NCBI GenBank assembly: GCA_027489875.1
Contig: JAIXZE010000083.1
Location: 6,740 to 70,739, forward strand
Direction of reading: 5' to 3'
DNA length: 64,000 nt
Source: Verrucomicrobiales bacterium
GTDB taxonomy: Bacteria; Verrucomicrobiota; Verrucomicrobiia; Limisphaerales; UBA9464
Part shown: positions 18,687-29,607 of the stretch, in pieces
Position numbering within the stretch: the first letter of the stretch is position 1
How the letters are laid out: each line of letters starts with the position of its first letter
Made by a program: the position numbers and the translations under genes
Notes under the pieces: generated by a model
Databases searched by the model: none
Seen by the model: the letters and a program-made list of their open reading frames with translations, nothing else
What the model was told of the DNA's origin: nothing

Positions 18687-19903
18687 ACCGCGAGCGCGCG
18701 AAGTTCGCGAATGAACAGTTGGCCTCCAGCGACCGCCAGATGTGCCCATGTGTCATCGGCGACCTTGCGTTCCGCAATCACTTCGAACTTCTCCGGGTTT
18801 GCGCGGATCAGGAACAGGATGCCGCGTTCATCCAACGCCAAAATACGTTCCTTGTTTGCTACCATGCTCCAGTACTTCCCGAAGCCTTGGGATGACGTCC
18901 ACTTCTCTGTTCCGTTAGCGACATCAATGCAAAGCGCCCGTTGTGACCTCAGATGCAGGTAGGCGTGGCCATCCAGAAGAATCGGCGAAGTCATGTAACC
19001 CTGCGCCTTGAATGTCCATGCAGGCACCGCTCCAAACCGCCCGTCAGAGTTTGAGATGTCAAACGCCACCGTCTTCCCCCCATACGTGCTGGTGAAGACC
19101 CGATTGGAGGATACGATCGTCGGCGTCAGGATGTTCATGCCCCGGAAGGCTTCGACGGCGGTGGTCCACAACTCTTTTCCGTCCTCAGGATCCAACCCTG
19201 TCAGATGGGTTCGGGATTGTACGACCAGTTGACGCTTGCCCGCCAGGTTCGCGAGCACCGGGGAGCTGAAGGCGCTTCCGTCCATGCCACCTCCGTCCAC
19301 CATGGATCGCCACCTTGTTTTTCCGGATTCCTTGTCGAGCCGGACAACCCCCCCTCCCGCCTGCACATACAGGGCATCGCCGTCCACCAGCGGCGAACAA
19401 ACAAAACCGAAGGTGGGAACCTCGGTCCCTAGTTCCTCTGGGAAATTGCGTCTCCACCGTTCCACGCCGGTTTGCCCATCCAGGCAAACCAGGACATCAC
19501 GCATTCCACCCACATAGAGACTCTGCCCGTCCCACGCCGGGGTCGATCGGATCCAGTCGCCGTTCGAACGGGCAAAGAATGGGACCTTCATCGATCCTGA
19601 CCACTCCGCTTTCCAAAGCTCTTTTCCCGTGCTCCGATCCAAAGCCCGAACGATTTCGAACTTCCCATCGCGCGTCTCCGTGGTGAAGACCCGGTCCGGA
19701 GTCACGATGGGCCCGGAATAACTGGGCCCCAACTCCAGCCGCCATTTCTGCTGCAAGGTCTTCTCATCAAGACGCTCGGGCCAGTTTGTGCTGACCACCA
19801 AACCATCCCGTGTCGGGCCTCTCCATTGCGTCCAAACATTGTCGGCTGGCGCTGCGCTCAGCGTGGTTTGGAGAATTAGCCCAACCAACAGGATGCGGTT
19901 CAT
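18659..19903 (-). CDS. PQQ-like (BamB-type) beta-propeller repeat protein, secreted
   Basis: Signal peptide MNRILLVGLILQTTLSAAP and repeated W-containing blades (WTQWRG, LWKAEW, RWRRNF, TRWRS, LWTTAV, KWTSS). ATG at 19903 (ORF-track start is TTG). Confidence 0.8.
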   Translation of the reverse strand: MNRILLVGLILQTTLSAAPADNVWTQWRGPTRDGLVVSTNWPERLDEKTLQQKWRLELGPSYSGPIVTPDRVFTTETRDGKFEIVRALDRSTGKELWKAEWSGSMKVPFFARSNGDWIRSTPAWDGQSLYVGGMRDVLVCLDGQTGVERWRRNFPEELGTEVPTFGFVCSPLVDGDALYVQAGGGVVRLDKESGKTRWRSMVDGGGMDGSAFSSPVLANLAGKRQLVVQSRTHLTGLDPEDGKELWTTAVEAFRGMNILTPTIVSSNRVFTSTYGGKTVAFDISNSDGRFGAVPAWTFKAQGYMTSPILLDGHAYLHLRSQRALCIDVANGTEKWTSSQGFGKYWSMVANKERILALDERGILFLIRANPEKFEVIAERKVADDTWAHLAVAGGQLFIRELRALAVYDWVKSVD

Positions 19904-19981
19904 GGGGGATGCTACGCTGTAAATGCGAACCGGCAAACGTCGGTGCCAAGCGACGACCTTGTGGATTCCCTACACGCGAGT

Positions 19982-20914
19982 CTACTTAGCCTGATGATTC
20001 TTCCCCGAAGCCGGATCAAGCTCGGCTGACTGCAACTGGAACGTGGACGGAGCCTTCCATCGCCGATGAACCCAGAACCAATTCGCTGGGTCCTTCCGGA
20101 CGCTTTGTTCCAGACGTTGGTTGACTTCCGTCATGATTTCTTCGGCCGAACGAGCTCTCCCGTCCGGGCGGTGGGTGGCAATTGGCTCTGAAAACTCAAG
20201 GCGCCAATGGGCGAGTCGTGTGCGGTAGCACGTTCCGACGAAGAGCTTGGCACGAAATCGAAGTGCGTAGATGGCCGGCGCTGCCGTCGTAGAGCAGTGG
20301 CGCCCAAAGAAGGGAATCCACAATCCTCGTTTACCTGCATGCTGATCGCTCAGGATTCCAAAAAGGATGTCGCCACGATGTAACGTGCTGCGGAGGGAAG
20401 CCGCATCCCTCGTCCTTTCAAAGTAGAGGATTCCAGACTTTCGCCGCAGTTCTTGGAGCAGACCATCAAGTACCTGCGAGCGGAGGGCTCGATACGTGGT
20501 GACCAACCGACGATTCTCCGCCCAGGCCTGCATTCGGGCGATGATCTCGAAGTTTCCAAAGTGCCCAACGGCGTAGACGGAGATACCCTTCGAAGGAGGC
20601 AGGGTTTCCGGATAATTGATGAATTCCAGGTGGGGTCGAAGTTCGGCATCCGACATCGAAGCCGTCTTGATTGCAGAGGCGTAGCTTTCACCGAGCCTTT
20701 TAAAATGTTCTGAACCAATCGATTGTATGCTTGATTCGTTGAGCTCGCTTCCGAAGGCAAGCCGGAGGTTGTCCAAGGCAGCCGCCCGGTGACGTCTGTC
20801 CAGCAGCCATGCCAGCCATCCGGCGAACCGACCAACGCGGGCGGCCAACAAAAGCGGGATGGACTGAAGAAACCAAATCAGGAATCGGGCGAACGAACCG
20901 AGAATGAAGCCCAT
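19982..20914 (-). CDS. lysophospholipid/lipid A biosynthesis acyltransferase (LpxL/HtrB family)
   Basis: N-terminal TM, NLRLAFG and GHFGNFE (the HX4D/E-equivalent region); length and layout match Kdo2-lipid IVA acyltransferases. Confidence 0.8.
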   Translation of the reverse strand: MGFILGSFARFLIWFLQSIPLLLAARVGRFAGWLAWLLDRRHRAAALDNLRLAFGSELNESSIQSIGSEHFKRLGESYASAIKTASMSDAELRPHLEFINYPETLPPSKGISVYAVGHFGNFEIIARMQAWAENRRLVTTYRALRSQVLDGLLQELRRKSGILYFERTRDAASLRSTLHRGDILFGILSDQHAGKRGLWIPFFGRHCSTTAAPAIYALRFRAKLFVGTCYRTRLAHWRLEFSEPIATHRPDGRARSAEEIMTEVNQRLEQSVRKDPANWFWVHRRWKAPSTFQLQSAELDPASGKNHQAK

Positions 20915-21148
20915 GATGTTCTAGGTAAAAGGGTGACTTTGCTTGTCGATGGGCCCGGAGGCGACGGCAAAACGGAGTTGCCTGGGAACCAGACTGAAAA
21001 ACAGCTTGCTACAAGGGCTTTCGGTGGTTTTCTAGGAGTTGAGAGGTTGCTGAAAGCGAGCAAGTTGGAGGAAAATATCCGATTGACATCGGAGCCTCCC
21101 TCCCTAGGCTCGCATAGAACGAAAGCCAACCTCCGAAGGGTTTAGATC

Positions 21149-21850
21149 ATGAAGATTTCCGGATACCTCTCCCGCCTCGCGGCGCTCGGTGCCTGCATCG
21201 CTCTGACGAGCGCGCTTGTGACGGCCGCCCCGCAACCTGGTCAAGCCGAAGTGACCCGTGTGCGTGGCACCGCAAGCATCGGCAACAATCCTGCGAAGGT
21301 CGGCGATTTCGCTGGACCCGGATCAGTCATCAAGACAGGTGCGAACTCTCAGCTAGACCTCAACTTGGGGCTCAACGGACCTGACATTACCGTGTCCGCA
21401 GACACGACCATTTCTGTCGACGAACTCTCCTTTGATGACGCGGGTCCCGAGACGGTTGTTACCACCAAGTTGAATCTGCAGGCTGGCAAGGTCGCAGGTT
21501 ACGTAAAGAAGACTTCAGCCCAGTCGTCTTACACGGTTGTGACTCCGACGACGACAGCCGCGATCCGGGGGACGACCTATTTGGTCACGGCGGAAGGCGA
21601 TGTCTACGTTTGGGATGGTTGCGTTGACGTCCAGTTCCAAGACCGCCGTTTTGCTGTTTGCGCGGGTCAGCATTTTGACCCTCGCATTGGTCAGGTTGTT
21701 CCAAACCCGCTTCCTCCGGTCATTCCTCCCCGCGTTCAACCTCCCGTGATCCCTGTTGGTCCTGTGATCAATCTGTCACCGGTTCAGGGTTCGGGTGGGA
21801 CGTCGGGAGGTGAGGGATCTGCAAATACGGGCGCGGGCGGCGTCAAGTAG
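21149..21850 (+). CDS. FecR-domain secreted protein with Pro-rich C-terminus
   Basis: Signal peptide plus the FecR-type pattern G..IKTGANSQLDL...TPTTTAAIRGTTYLV...G.V.V. Confidence 0.7.
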   Translation: MKISGYLSRLAALGACIALTSALVTAAPQPGQAEVTRVRGTASIGNNPAKVGDFAGPGSVIKTGANSQLDLNLGLNGPDITVSADTTISVDELSFDDAGPETVVTTKLNLQAGKVAGYVKKTSAQSSYTVVTPTTTAAIRGTTYLVTAEGDVYVWDGCVDVQFQDRRFAVCAGQHFDPRIGQVVPNPLPPVIPPRVQPPVIPVGPVINLSPVQGSGGTSGGEGSANTGAGGVK

Positions 21851-21909
21851 ACCCTTCACTCACTGGAGAGGGGCTTATGCTCGCGACTCCAGACCGATTT
21901 AGCGCTTAA

Positions 21910-21938
21910 GCCTGAGGCAACTAGCCTTGGGCTTTTTT
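21910..21938 (+). terminator. putative intrinsic terminator after the FecR-like gene
   Basis: gcctgagg (21910-21917) pairs with ccttgggc (21925-21932), including 2 G-U pairs. Followed by tttttt. Confidence 0.5.
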
Positions 21939-21964
21939 GTTTTCAGGCTTCACCCGAACCCTTG

Positions 21965-24478
21965 ATGAGAATGCTTCCCGCAGGAATTGCTCGATGGGTG
22001 ACGCATCGCCTGCTGCACGTTTCGCCCTTGGTTGTTGGGTTTTTTCTTGTTGCCTGTGCTGTTGGGACAACCAGCTGCTCATCCATCCTCGACCGCAGGG
22101 TAAGGGAAGCCCAAATGCGTGAAAGCGATGCTAAGGGAATGGAGTCTGCCCCGAAGGAACGTAACGCGACCGCACTTCGTCTCAACGAATCGGAAGATCT
22201 CCAGCGGTTGGACATACTCCAACGGTTGGAATGGGCGCTCTTTGACTGGAGGGTCCGGCTCGCTCTTGGGAGTGATCCGATGCCCTCACAGGTCGGCTTG
22301 GTTCTGGCTGGAGATGAAAGTGTCGAACGATTGTCTGTTGGTGAGCCGCTACCCTACACCGATGAGAAGTATGACCTCTTCTGGCCTCGGTGGCCTGTTT
22401 ACGGCCGTGTGCTGCGGGAGTTGCGTGCACAAGGTGCCGCCGCCGTGGCTTTTGACGTTCTCTTTCTGGACAGGAGGTACAGTGATGACGCGTTGACTCT
22501 GGTTCAGCGCCGGGATGATCAACTTGTTACGAATCGTATCCCCTCCGATCAGGCCTTTGGCGCAGAGTTACGCAAGCAGGGCAGTCCGGTGATTGCTGCA
22601 ATGCTTCCCGGTTCGCTACCAGCACCCCTCTTTCACTCCGCCGTCCGTGAATTAGGGGACGTGGCCTCACCACGTGATTCAGATTCCGTTGCGCGGAGGA
22701 TTCGAGTGGCTTCTCGAATGCGATGGGTTAATCCCGCGATTGGAGTCTACGGACACCAAAGGGGCGTAAACTGCGCAGTGAATTCAGACGATGGCACGGT
22801 AACGATTTCAGGAGGTCCAGATTTTGGGCCGGACCTGGTTCTTTCACCTGATGCGGAAGGACGGGTGAGCTTGCCACTCCGTCGTGGCCTTACGCAAAAG
22901 GTCAAGGTCTGGGAGGAGAAGTTTGTCTGGCATCTTGGCGTCGCGCTTGCCGCTCAAGTGCTGAAGCTGGATTTGGACTCCGCGGAATGGACTACCCAAG
23001 GAGTCCGGCTGCGCGGCGATCGAGGTATCCAACGTTACATTCCAGTCGACCCTTTTGGTTACCTCGTTGTGGATTGGCGGTTGCCCTTTGGCGATACCAA
23101 TCTGTTCAAGAGGATGGATATCGCTGACCTTGTCCGAACGGATCAGGAACGTGAGTTTGAGGGGATTACCCCTCTTCCATTCTGGACAAATTCCGCCGTT
23201 GTTGTTGGCTCGACAGCCTCAGGGAACAACCTCACCGATCTCGGAGCAACTCCCATCAAGAAATCGGACTTCCTCGTCACGACCCACATGAACGTAGCGG
23301 ACATGATCCTTCGTGATCGCTACGTGCAACGTCTCGGCGGGTTGCTGGAGACAATTCTGGTTGCTGTCATGGGGGCGTTTGCGGCGGTTATGACATGGAA
23401 GCTTCGGGGGTGGGTATTGCCTCTCTCTATCGTGGGATTCGCTGCGGTGTGGATAGCTATTGGTGTTTGGGCTTATCAGAGTTCCAGATGGTGGATTCCG
23501 ATTGCCCATCCGGTATTTGCCGGTCTTCTGATTCCCTATCTTGGAATGGTGACAACGAGAGCGTTTGTCGAACAGCGTGAGCAGTTGAGGGTTCGCCGGT
23601 TCTTCGAGAAAATGGTTTCGCCAGAGATTGTCGAAGAAGTTCTAAAAACCCGCGAGTTGGCCAGGGTTGGCGCCGGAACAAGGCGCCGACTGACCGTATT
23701 CTTCGCAGATGTTCGTGGATTCACGGAGATGACAGACCGATACCAAGCGGCTGCTGAGAAGCACGTTCGGGAACTTGGGTTGGATGACGCCGCAGCCGAA
23801 TTGTACTACGAGCAACAGGCCAGCGAGGTGCTGGAGACGGTCAACCTTTACCTCGCAACCATTGCTGACGTTATAAAATTTCACCGCGGGACTCTGGATA
23901 AGTACATCGGCGATTGTGTGATGGCGTTCTGGGGGGCACCGCTCGCCAATCCCCGTCATGCGGTGGATGCCGTTATGGCAGGCATTGATGCCCAGTGGGC
24001 GATTCAATACCTTAATGAGTCCCGCGTCGCTGAATCAAAACTCCGCGAGCAGGAGAATCCAAAAAGGATTTCTGCAGGCATGCCACCTCTCCCTCCTTTG
24101 CCGGTGCTTAACCTGGGCAGTGGATTGAATACCGGCGATGTGACCGTTGGGTTTATGGGGTCCGAAGCCCACATTCGCAACTACACTGTCTTTGGTCGCG
24201 AAGTGAATTTGGCCAGTCGACTGGAAGGTGCCTCGGGCCATGCTCGGATCCTTGTGGGCGAGGCGACGTACGAAGACCTTAGGAAGTTTGCTCCGGATCT
24301 CGCCGCTATGTGCAAGGGGTTGCCCCCAGTCACAGTGAAGGGATTTCGTCAGCCGGTGATGGTTTACGAAATCCCATGGCTGGAATCTAGGCAGGTCGTG
24401 TTGAAGTACTCCGCCCTGCATTCAGCCCCTTCGATTTTCAAAGCGGGCAGTCAGAATCCTCAGTCAGAGTCAGCCTGA
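21965..24478 (+). CDS. CHASE2 sensor domain-containing class III adenylate/guanylate cyclase
   Basis: N-terminal TM, extracytoplasmic CHASE2-like region of about 350 aa, three TM helices, then the cyclase domain ([12 protein letters not shown]...[14 protein letters not shown]...[14 protein letters not shown]...[15 protein letters not shown]). Confidence 0.9.
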   Translation: MRMLPAGIARWVTHRLLHVSPLVVGFFLVACAVGTTSCSSILDRRVREAQMRESDAKGMESAPKERNATALRLNESEDLQRLDILQRLEWALFDWRVRLALGSDPMPSQVGLVLAGDESVERLSVGEPLPYTDEKYDLFWPRWPVYGRVLRELRAQGAAAVAFDVLFLDRRYSDDALTLVQRRDDQLVTNRIPSDQAFGAELRKQGSPVIAAMLPGSLPAPLFHSAVRELGDVASPRDSDSVARRIRVASRMRWVNPAIGVYGHQRGVNCAVNSDDGTVTISGGPDFGPDLVLSPDAEGRVSLPLRRGLTQKVKVWEEKFVWHLGVALAAQVLKLDLDSAEWTTQGVRLRGDRGIQRYIPVDPFGYLVVDWRLPFGDTNLFKRMDIADLVRTDQEREFEGITPLPFWTNSAVVVGSTASGNNLTDLGATPIKKSDFLVTTHMNVADMILRDRYVQRLGGLLETILVAVMGAFAAVMTWKLRGWVLPLSIVGFAAVWIAIGVWAYQSSRWWIPIAHPVFAGLLIPYLGMVTTRAFVEQREQLRVRRFFEKMVSPEIVEEVLKTRELARVGAGTRRRLTVFFADVRGFTEMTDRYQAAAEKHVRELGLDDAAAELYYEQQASEVLETVNLYLATIADVIKFHRGTLDKYIGDCVMAFWGAPLANPRHAVDAVMAGIDAQWAIQYLNESRVAESKLREQENPKRISAGMPPLPPLPVLNLGSGLNTGDVTVGFMGSEAHIRNYTVFGREVNLASRLEGASGHARILVGEATYEDLRKFAPDLAAMCKGLPPVTVKGFRQPVMVYEIPWLESRQVVLKYSALHSAPSIFKAGSQNPQSESA

Positions 24479-26119
24479 GGTTGGATGCGCTGATGTGACC
24501 ACCGGCAACAAGGGTTTTGAATGCAGACGCTCGTGGGCGGCAGCGATGAATCCTCGAAACAGCGGGTGCGGCGCGTTAGGCTTCGAAAGGAATTCAGGGT
24601 GATACTGTGACGCAATGAAGAAGGGGTGGTTGGGAATTTCAATAACCTCAACCAAGCGATCGTCAGGTGTGGTTCCAGCAAAAATGAAGCCAGCGTCCGC
24701 GAACCGCTTGCGGTAATCGTTGTTGAATTCAAACCGGTGGCGGTGCCTTTCGTGGATGAGGCACGTTCCATAAAGCGCCGCAGTCCGGGAACCGGGTTCG
24801 AGCCGGCAAGCCTGAGACCCTAGCCGCATCGTCCCGCCCTTTTGGACAACTGTCTTCTGGCCTTCCTGGATGTCGATGACCGGATGAGGTGTGTTGGGGT
24901 TGAACTCGGTTGAATGCGCCCCTTCGAGCCCAAGCACGTTTCTTCCGTATTCGATAACAGCGATCTGCATGCCGAGGCAAAGCCCCAAATAAGGCAGACC
25001 ATTCTCCCTGGCAAAGCGCGCGGCGCGAATCTTTCCCTCGATTCCCCGGTCACCGAATCCTCCAGGCACCAGTAATCCGCCTAGGCCTTTGAAGATCTTG
25101 GCTGGATCTCCTGACTCTACAGACTCCGCCTCGATTTGCTCAATTTGAACTCCGCAATCATTCGCGATCCCGCCATGGATCAGGGCCTCGTAGACGGATT
25201 TATAGGCATCTTGAAGTTCGATGTACTTCCCAACTACTCCGATCCTTACCCGATGCTGGGGGGCAATCAGGCGACGGATGATGTCCTGCCATGGCGTCAT
25301 GTTCGCCGGTGGTACGTCGAGTTGCAGCGTCTTGCAGACGAGATCGTCCAGTCGTTCTCGCTGTAGCATCAGCGGCACTTCGTAAATAGAGTGATCCACA
25401 TCCTTTTCTTCGATGACGGCCTCGAAGGGTACGTTGCAGAACATTGCCAATTTCTGCCGGAGTTCCTTGTTGATGGGATGCTCGCAGCGACAGACAAGCA
25501 GATGAGGCGCAATGCCAATCTCACGAAGCTTTGCGACGCTCTGCTGGGTTGGCTTCGTCTTCAATTCGCCAGCTGCCTTGATGAATGGAATGTAGGTAAC
25601 GTGAAGAAAGCAGACATTTCCCGGCCCAGCCTCCTGAGCAAACTCCCGGATGGCCTCCAGGAAGGGAAGACCTTCGATGTCACCCACGGTTCCCCCAACT
25701 TCAGTGATCAGGACATCGGGCTTTGTCTCGTCAGCAAGGAGCGTAATCCGTCGCTGGATTTCGTCCGTAACGTGGGGGATCACCTGAACCGTTTTGCCTA
25801 GATAAACGCCGTTTCGTTCATTATCGAGGACCTGTTGGTATACCTGCCCGCTGGTAGTGTTGTTCCTGCGGGACAACTTGGTGCTGGTGAAGCGTTCGTA
25901 GTGGCCCAGATCGAGGTCGGTTTCCGCTCCGTCATCCAGCACGTAGACTTCCCCGTGCTGGAATGGGCTCATTGTCCCGGGATCCAGATTCAAGTACGGG
26001 TCAAACTTCTGCAACGTGACCTTCAGGCCGCGGTTTTCGAGCAAGGTTCCGAGAGCCGCTGCCGTGAGTCCCTTGCCGAGGGAACTGACAACGCCGCCCG
26101 TGACGAAGATGTACTTCAT
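24470..26119 (-). CDS. pyrG: CTP synthase
   Basis: [17 protein letters not shown]...[19 protein letters not shown] plus the GATase domain GLCLGMQ...HRHRFE. Start moved to ATG 26119. Confidence 0.95.
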   Translation of the reverse strand: MKYIFVTGGVVSSLGKGLTAAALGTLLENRGLKVTLQKFDPYLNLDPGTMSPFQHGEVYVLDDGAETDLDLGHYERFTSTKLSRRNNTTSGQVYQQVLDNERNGVYLGKTVQVIPHVTDEIQRRITLLADETKPDVLITEVGGTVGDIEGLPFLEAIREFAQEAGPGNVCFLHVTYIPFIKAAGELKTKPTQQSVAKLREIGIAPHLLVCRCEHPINKELRQKLAMFCNVPFEAVIEEKDVDHSIYEVPLMLQRERLDDLVCKTLQLDVPPANMTPWQDIIRRLIAPQHRVRIGVVGKYIELQDAYKSVYEALIHGGIANDCGVQIEQIEAESVESGDPAKIFKGLGGLLVPGGFGDRGIEGKIRAARFARENGLPYLGLCLGMQIAVIEYGRNVLGLEGAHSTEFNPNTPHPVIDIQEGQKTVVQKGGTMRLGSQACRLEPGSRTAALYGTCLIHERHRHRFEFNNDYRKRFADAGFIFAGTTPDDRLVEVIEIPNHPFFIASQYHPEFLSKPNAPHPLFRGFIAAAHERLHSKPLLPVVTSAHPTSG

Positions 26120-26176
26120 GGGATTGCACGCTCCCAAGCCCGTCCACTGAGTGCCAACGAAAAAACGGGAGAAACT

Positions 26177-26950
26177 TCAGGGTTGGACATGGATGCGGCC
26201 GTGGCTTTGCTGGCGGAGTCTCAGCAGTCCCTCGACCTTCTCGACATCCCCGGGGACATCCACACCGACGCTGTCGTGGATCACAGTGGCCACGGCAATC
26301 CGAATCCCAAGTTCCAACGCCCGCAATTGCTCGAGGCGTTCGGCAAGTTCCAGCGGGGACGGGGCTTCCTGCACAATGCGGAGCAGGGTCTCCCGATGGT
26401 ACCCGTAGATTCCCAAGTGACGCCGGAATGGGAACGCTTCAACCTGTTTCTCCAAGCTGAGTGTTGCCTGATCGCGAAGGTAAGGAATTGTTCGCCGGGA
26501 AAAGTAAAGCGCGTATCCGTCCTTGGTCACAGCCGCCTTCACCACATTGGGGTTCGTGTAATCGTCTGGATTCTTAAGCGTGGTGACTGCGGTGGTCATC
26601 TCAGCTTTGGCCAAGAGGCTGGCGACAGCATCGACTACTTCGGGTTCGATCAATGGCTCATCCCCTTGGATGTTGACATAGGCATCCGCAGAACACCGAG
26701 AGGCGACTTCAGCAATCCGGTCAGTTCCGGATGGGTGATCTTCTCGCGTCATGATGACACGGGCGAATTTTTCCGCCACGGATGCAATACGGTGATCATC
26801 CGTTGCAACAATGACTTCAGCAATGGACTTCGCTTTCTTGCATTGCTCGACCACGTGTTGGACGAGCGGCTTTCCCGCAATGGGATGCAGGGGCTTCCCT
26901 GGAAACCTTGAAGAGGCGAAGCGGGCAGGAATGACACCAATGACGCGCAT
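26177..26950 (-). CDS. kdsB: 3-deoxy-manno-octulosonate cytidylyltransferase
   Basis: VIPARFASSRFPGKPL...VIVATDD...VNIQGDEP motifs. Confidence 0.95.
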   Translation of the reverse strand: MRVIGVIPARFASSRFPGKPLHPIAGKPLVQHVVEQCKKAKSIAEVIVATDDHRIASVAEKFARVIMTREDHPSGTDRIAEVASRCSADAYVNIQGDEPLIEPEVVDAVASLLAKAEMTTAVTTLKNPDDYTNPNVVKAAVTKDGYALYFSRRTIPYLRDQATLSLEKQVEAFPFRRHLGIYGYHRETLLRIVQEAPSPLELAERLEQLRALELGIRIAVATVIHDSVGVDVPGDVEKVEGLLRLRQQSHGRIHVQP

Positions 26951-26962
26951 GGAAGGAAGGAG

Positions 26963-27937
26963 CTAACGAATGCCCTGCATCATGTCTTCCATCAGCGCGA
27001 GCGCCACAGCTTCGGTAATCTCGCGAACGTCATGGTTACGCACGATCCGACCGGCAAGTTGGTCCGGCCCGACAATGTCCGCGGAACTCGCTTGCCCCAG
27101 GATTTGGGCATCGGACAACCGAATGGCGGTGGCTTGGATTTCAGGGACCTGATAGACTTGATCGCCAGAAATTCCAGGAATCAGCAGGGATCTGGAGGAG
27201 ATGAGGACTTCAACCACCACATCTGTTGTCCTCATCAAAGCCTCACGATCCTTTGCCGCCTCGATAGTGCCGGAGGTGCCTAGGAACTCCTGAACGGATC
27301 GATCTGCGAGCAGTTGTGTGGCAATCCGTTGGTCGGCGATGCGGGCTCCTCCCAGGCGAAGAGGCCTTCCCATCAACCTTTCCACATCCCGAACCGACTG
27401 CCGATCCGACAATGGCGCGTTCGTGGATGCGCTGTGCTGGTAGTGGTTCTCCCCGGTGATACGCTCGCTGGTTCCCTTCAAGGGAATGGAGGTCTGATCG
27501 ACGGAAGAGTTACCAACAATGGTTACGTTCTGTCCGAGCGGACTACTCGGTGAGGGTGAGGTGGAGGTGAGATCGGTCCGAAACGTTTCGACCTTTTCCT
27601 TACGGCCCGTCATCCGAAGTCCCGAGGATTCGTTAACCAACTCCCTGTTCACGTAGATCAGCATTCGCGGCGCGGCGAGGCTGGGATACCCATTCTTGAA
27701 ACGGTCGATGATCGTCCTCGCCTGCTCAGGACTCACAAGCGGTGTGCGACTCGTGATGGGCTGTTGTTGATATGTATGTGCTGTTGTGCCGGCGATCGAT
27801 GGAGTGTCAGTGGCGCTGACTGTTGTCGGAACCGATACGATCGGCGGGGGAGGATTCCGATGTGGCTTTGATGTCGGTATCGGGCCAGCAAGACATGAGG
27901 CGACCGACATCGCGAATCCAACGAGGACGATTTTCAT
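26963..27937 (-). CDS. hypothetical lipoprotein (C-terminal region resembles the LpoB/CsgG-like fold)
   Basis: Start set to ATG 27937, after the upstream stop at 27958. Lipobox VASCLAG, then a Ser/Thr/Pro-rich linker and an alpha/beta C-terminal domain. Confidence 0.6.
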   Translation of the reverse strand: MKIVLVGFAMSVASCLAGPIPTSKPHRNPPPPIVSVPTTVSATDTPSIAGTTAHTYQQQPITSRTPLVSPEQARTIIDRFKNGYPSLAAPRMLIYVNRELVNESSGLRMTGRKEKVETFRTDLTSTSPSPSSPLGQNVTIVGNSSVDQTSIPLKGTSERITGENHYQHSASTNAPLSDRQSVRDVERLMGRPLRLGGARIADQRIATQLLADRSVQEFLGTSGTIEAAKDREALMRTTDVVVEVLISSRSLLIPGISGDQVYQVPEIQATAIRLSDAQILGQASSADIVGPDQLAGRIVRNHDVREITEAVALALMEDMMQGIR

Positions 27938-27957
27938 AGTTGGGAGGTATCGATGCC

Positions 27958-28425
27958 TTACCGCGCCTCGCGGACGCGGACCGTGTAGCCTTTGGCCTTG
28001 TCGTTGAAGGACTGGAATCGCACCGTTTCTTGGGCTGTTTCGGTCAATATCAGATCCTGCCAAGGGGTTTCGTCGCCGGTACTGAATCCCTGCGCGTCCT
28101 TGAAGACGCATTGCACCTGTACCTGTATCCGGCGTTCCTGCCGGTTCCGGATGTTTGCTGCCACTTCGAGACGTCCATCTTCAAGGATCCGCTCCTGAAG
28201 ACCTGAACACGTGACGCTCCTTTGCACCCGATTATCCATCGTCACGAACTTTGCCTCGTTCTCGAGAGCAAACTTGGTGGTGTTCTTGGGAGCGTACGCG
28301 CCGCCTTCATGGCCGGTCACTATCGTGCGTGTGGTGTCGCCAACGGCCTCGCCGACTGGGCGACAACCCACCGACACGGAAGCGGCGAAAACAGCCAGAA
28401 TGATTGCTGAGAAGTGTTTGGACAT
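27958..28425 (-). CDS. YcfL-like lipoprotein (DUF1425)
   Basis: Lipobox SVGCRP. Pattern GRLEVAANIRN...IQVQVQCVFKDAQGF....PWQDLIL...TV...YTVRV matches the YcfL beta-sandwich family as I remember it. Confidence 0.65.
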   Translation of the reverse strand: MSKHFSAIILAVFAASVSVGCRPVGEAVGDTTRTIVTGHEGGAYAPKNTTKFALENEAKFVTMDNRVQRSVTCSGLQERILEDGRLEVAANIRNRQERRIQVQVQCVFKDAQGFSTGDETPWQDLILTETAQETVRFQSFNDKAKGYTVRVREAR

Positions 28426-28461
28426 ATGGAGGTGACTTGGAATCGTGAAATCGTGACCGCG

Positions 28462-29574
28462 CTATGGCCGGTCGCTCAGGAAAAGAACGGTATCGCGGGT
28501 TCCCGGTTCAACCTGGATGGAGATAGTGCGTGAAAGCGTGACGGCCCCAGACGCATCGACAAAGTCGGCCTTCAACTGGTGGCTGCCCTCGGGGAGCCTG
28601 AATGCAGAAAAGCCGATGAGGTTAGGCAGGTTGTCCCAGGCCCGGGTGTCTGCGGATGGGGTCGCCGCCGCGCTGATCATTTTGCTCACAAGGCCCGCTA
28701 TCAGGAGGCCCGCCCCGACTTCGTCCGCAGCAGTGCGTCTACCTGCCGTACCTGCAAGAATTGCACCAGAAACAATGGCTGCATCGCCGAAACCGTCCGT
28801 AGCCCCCTTGAAGACGGCTTTGTTGGCCAGAACGTGGTCCATCTGACGCCCTCCACGTGTCGTTGCCTGAAAGGAGAGGTCATCCGATGGACCAACACGG
28901 ACGGAGAGCCCAGCTCCTGTCAGCACGACTGCGGTGGATCGTGAAGTTCCAGTTCTGAACCGCAACTGTTCGCCATACTCCCCGCTGGAGTACTTCGTTG
29001 GTCCCCTGCCCATTTCGAAGAATACTAGAATGTTTGCCGCGGGATCATAATCCGGCATCGGGCCGAGCCGGGCATTGGACCTGGCTCGCGTCAGGAAATC
29101 TGTGGATCCACCGCCGAGCTTCGCAGTAACGAGACCATCCAGATAATCCAGAATCGCAAAGTCGGCCTTGTACTTTCCTGCCTCAGCATCCGAATCCTCG
29201 ATCTGTGCGCTTCGGAAGCAGGCTCTGGCATTGTCCGGTTCCCCGTCCATCCAGTACAGGATGCCTCGGTAGAAAAAAGCCATGACCCTTTCATAAGGCT
29301 CGCCCCGAAAGTTCTTTCTGGATTCGGACTGGAAATACCCTCGAGCCTTGCGAGCCGAAACATCCCCTGCTGTCAGGCCACCCAAAGTGGTGACGGCATC
29401 ATCAAGGAGAGGCTTTGCTGCGTCGAACTCCGCACGACGCATATGATCCGCAGCCGCGCGATACTTGAGAAGGAGCGCGTCACGGCCGTTACCACCTGAC
29501 GGACTGCGATTTGCGCACCCAAGAAGACACAGGCTGAACAAGACAGGGACCAGCAATGAGTAAAATTCTCGCAT
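28462..29574 (-). CDS. hypothetical lipoprotein with TPR-like N-terminal region
   Basis: Lipobox LLGCANR, helical N-terminal half and a Gly/Ala-rich hydrophobic segment near the C-terminus. Resembles the uncharacterised partner gene found beside lpoB/ycfL homologues. Confidence 0.65.
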   Translation of the reverse strand: MREFYSLLVPVLFSLCLLGCANRSPSGGNGRDALLLKYRAAADHMRRAEFDAAKPLLDDAVTTLGGLTAGDVSARKARGYFQSESRKNFRGEPYERVMAFFYRGILYWMDGEPDNARACFRSAQIEDSDAEAGKYKADFAILDYLDGLVTAKLGGGSTDFLTRARSNARLGPMPDYDPAANILVFFEMGRGPTKYSSGEYGEQLRFRTGTSRSTAVVLTGAGLSVRVGPSDDLSFQATTRGGRQMDHVLANKAVFKGATDGFGDAAIVSGAILAGTAGRRTAADEVGAGLLIAGLVSKMISAAATPSADTRAWDNLPNLIGFSAFRLPEGSHQLKADFVDASGAVTLSRTISIQVEPGTRDTVLFLSDRP

Positions 29575-29607
29575 TGGAGTGAAGCGGGAGGCCGGTTCGT
29601 GATCGGG

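Noticed and set aside
20915-21148. Possible c-di-GMP (GEMM-I-like) or other riboswitch upstream of the FecR-like gene (gacggcaaaacgg...).
   Set aside because: Only a short GGCAAA resemblance. No paired P1/P2 helices or tetraloop-receptor elements could be built.
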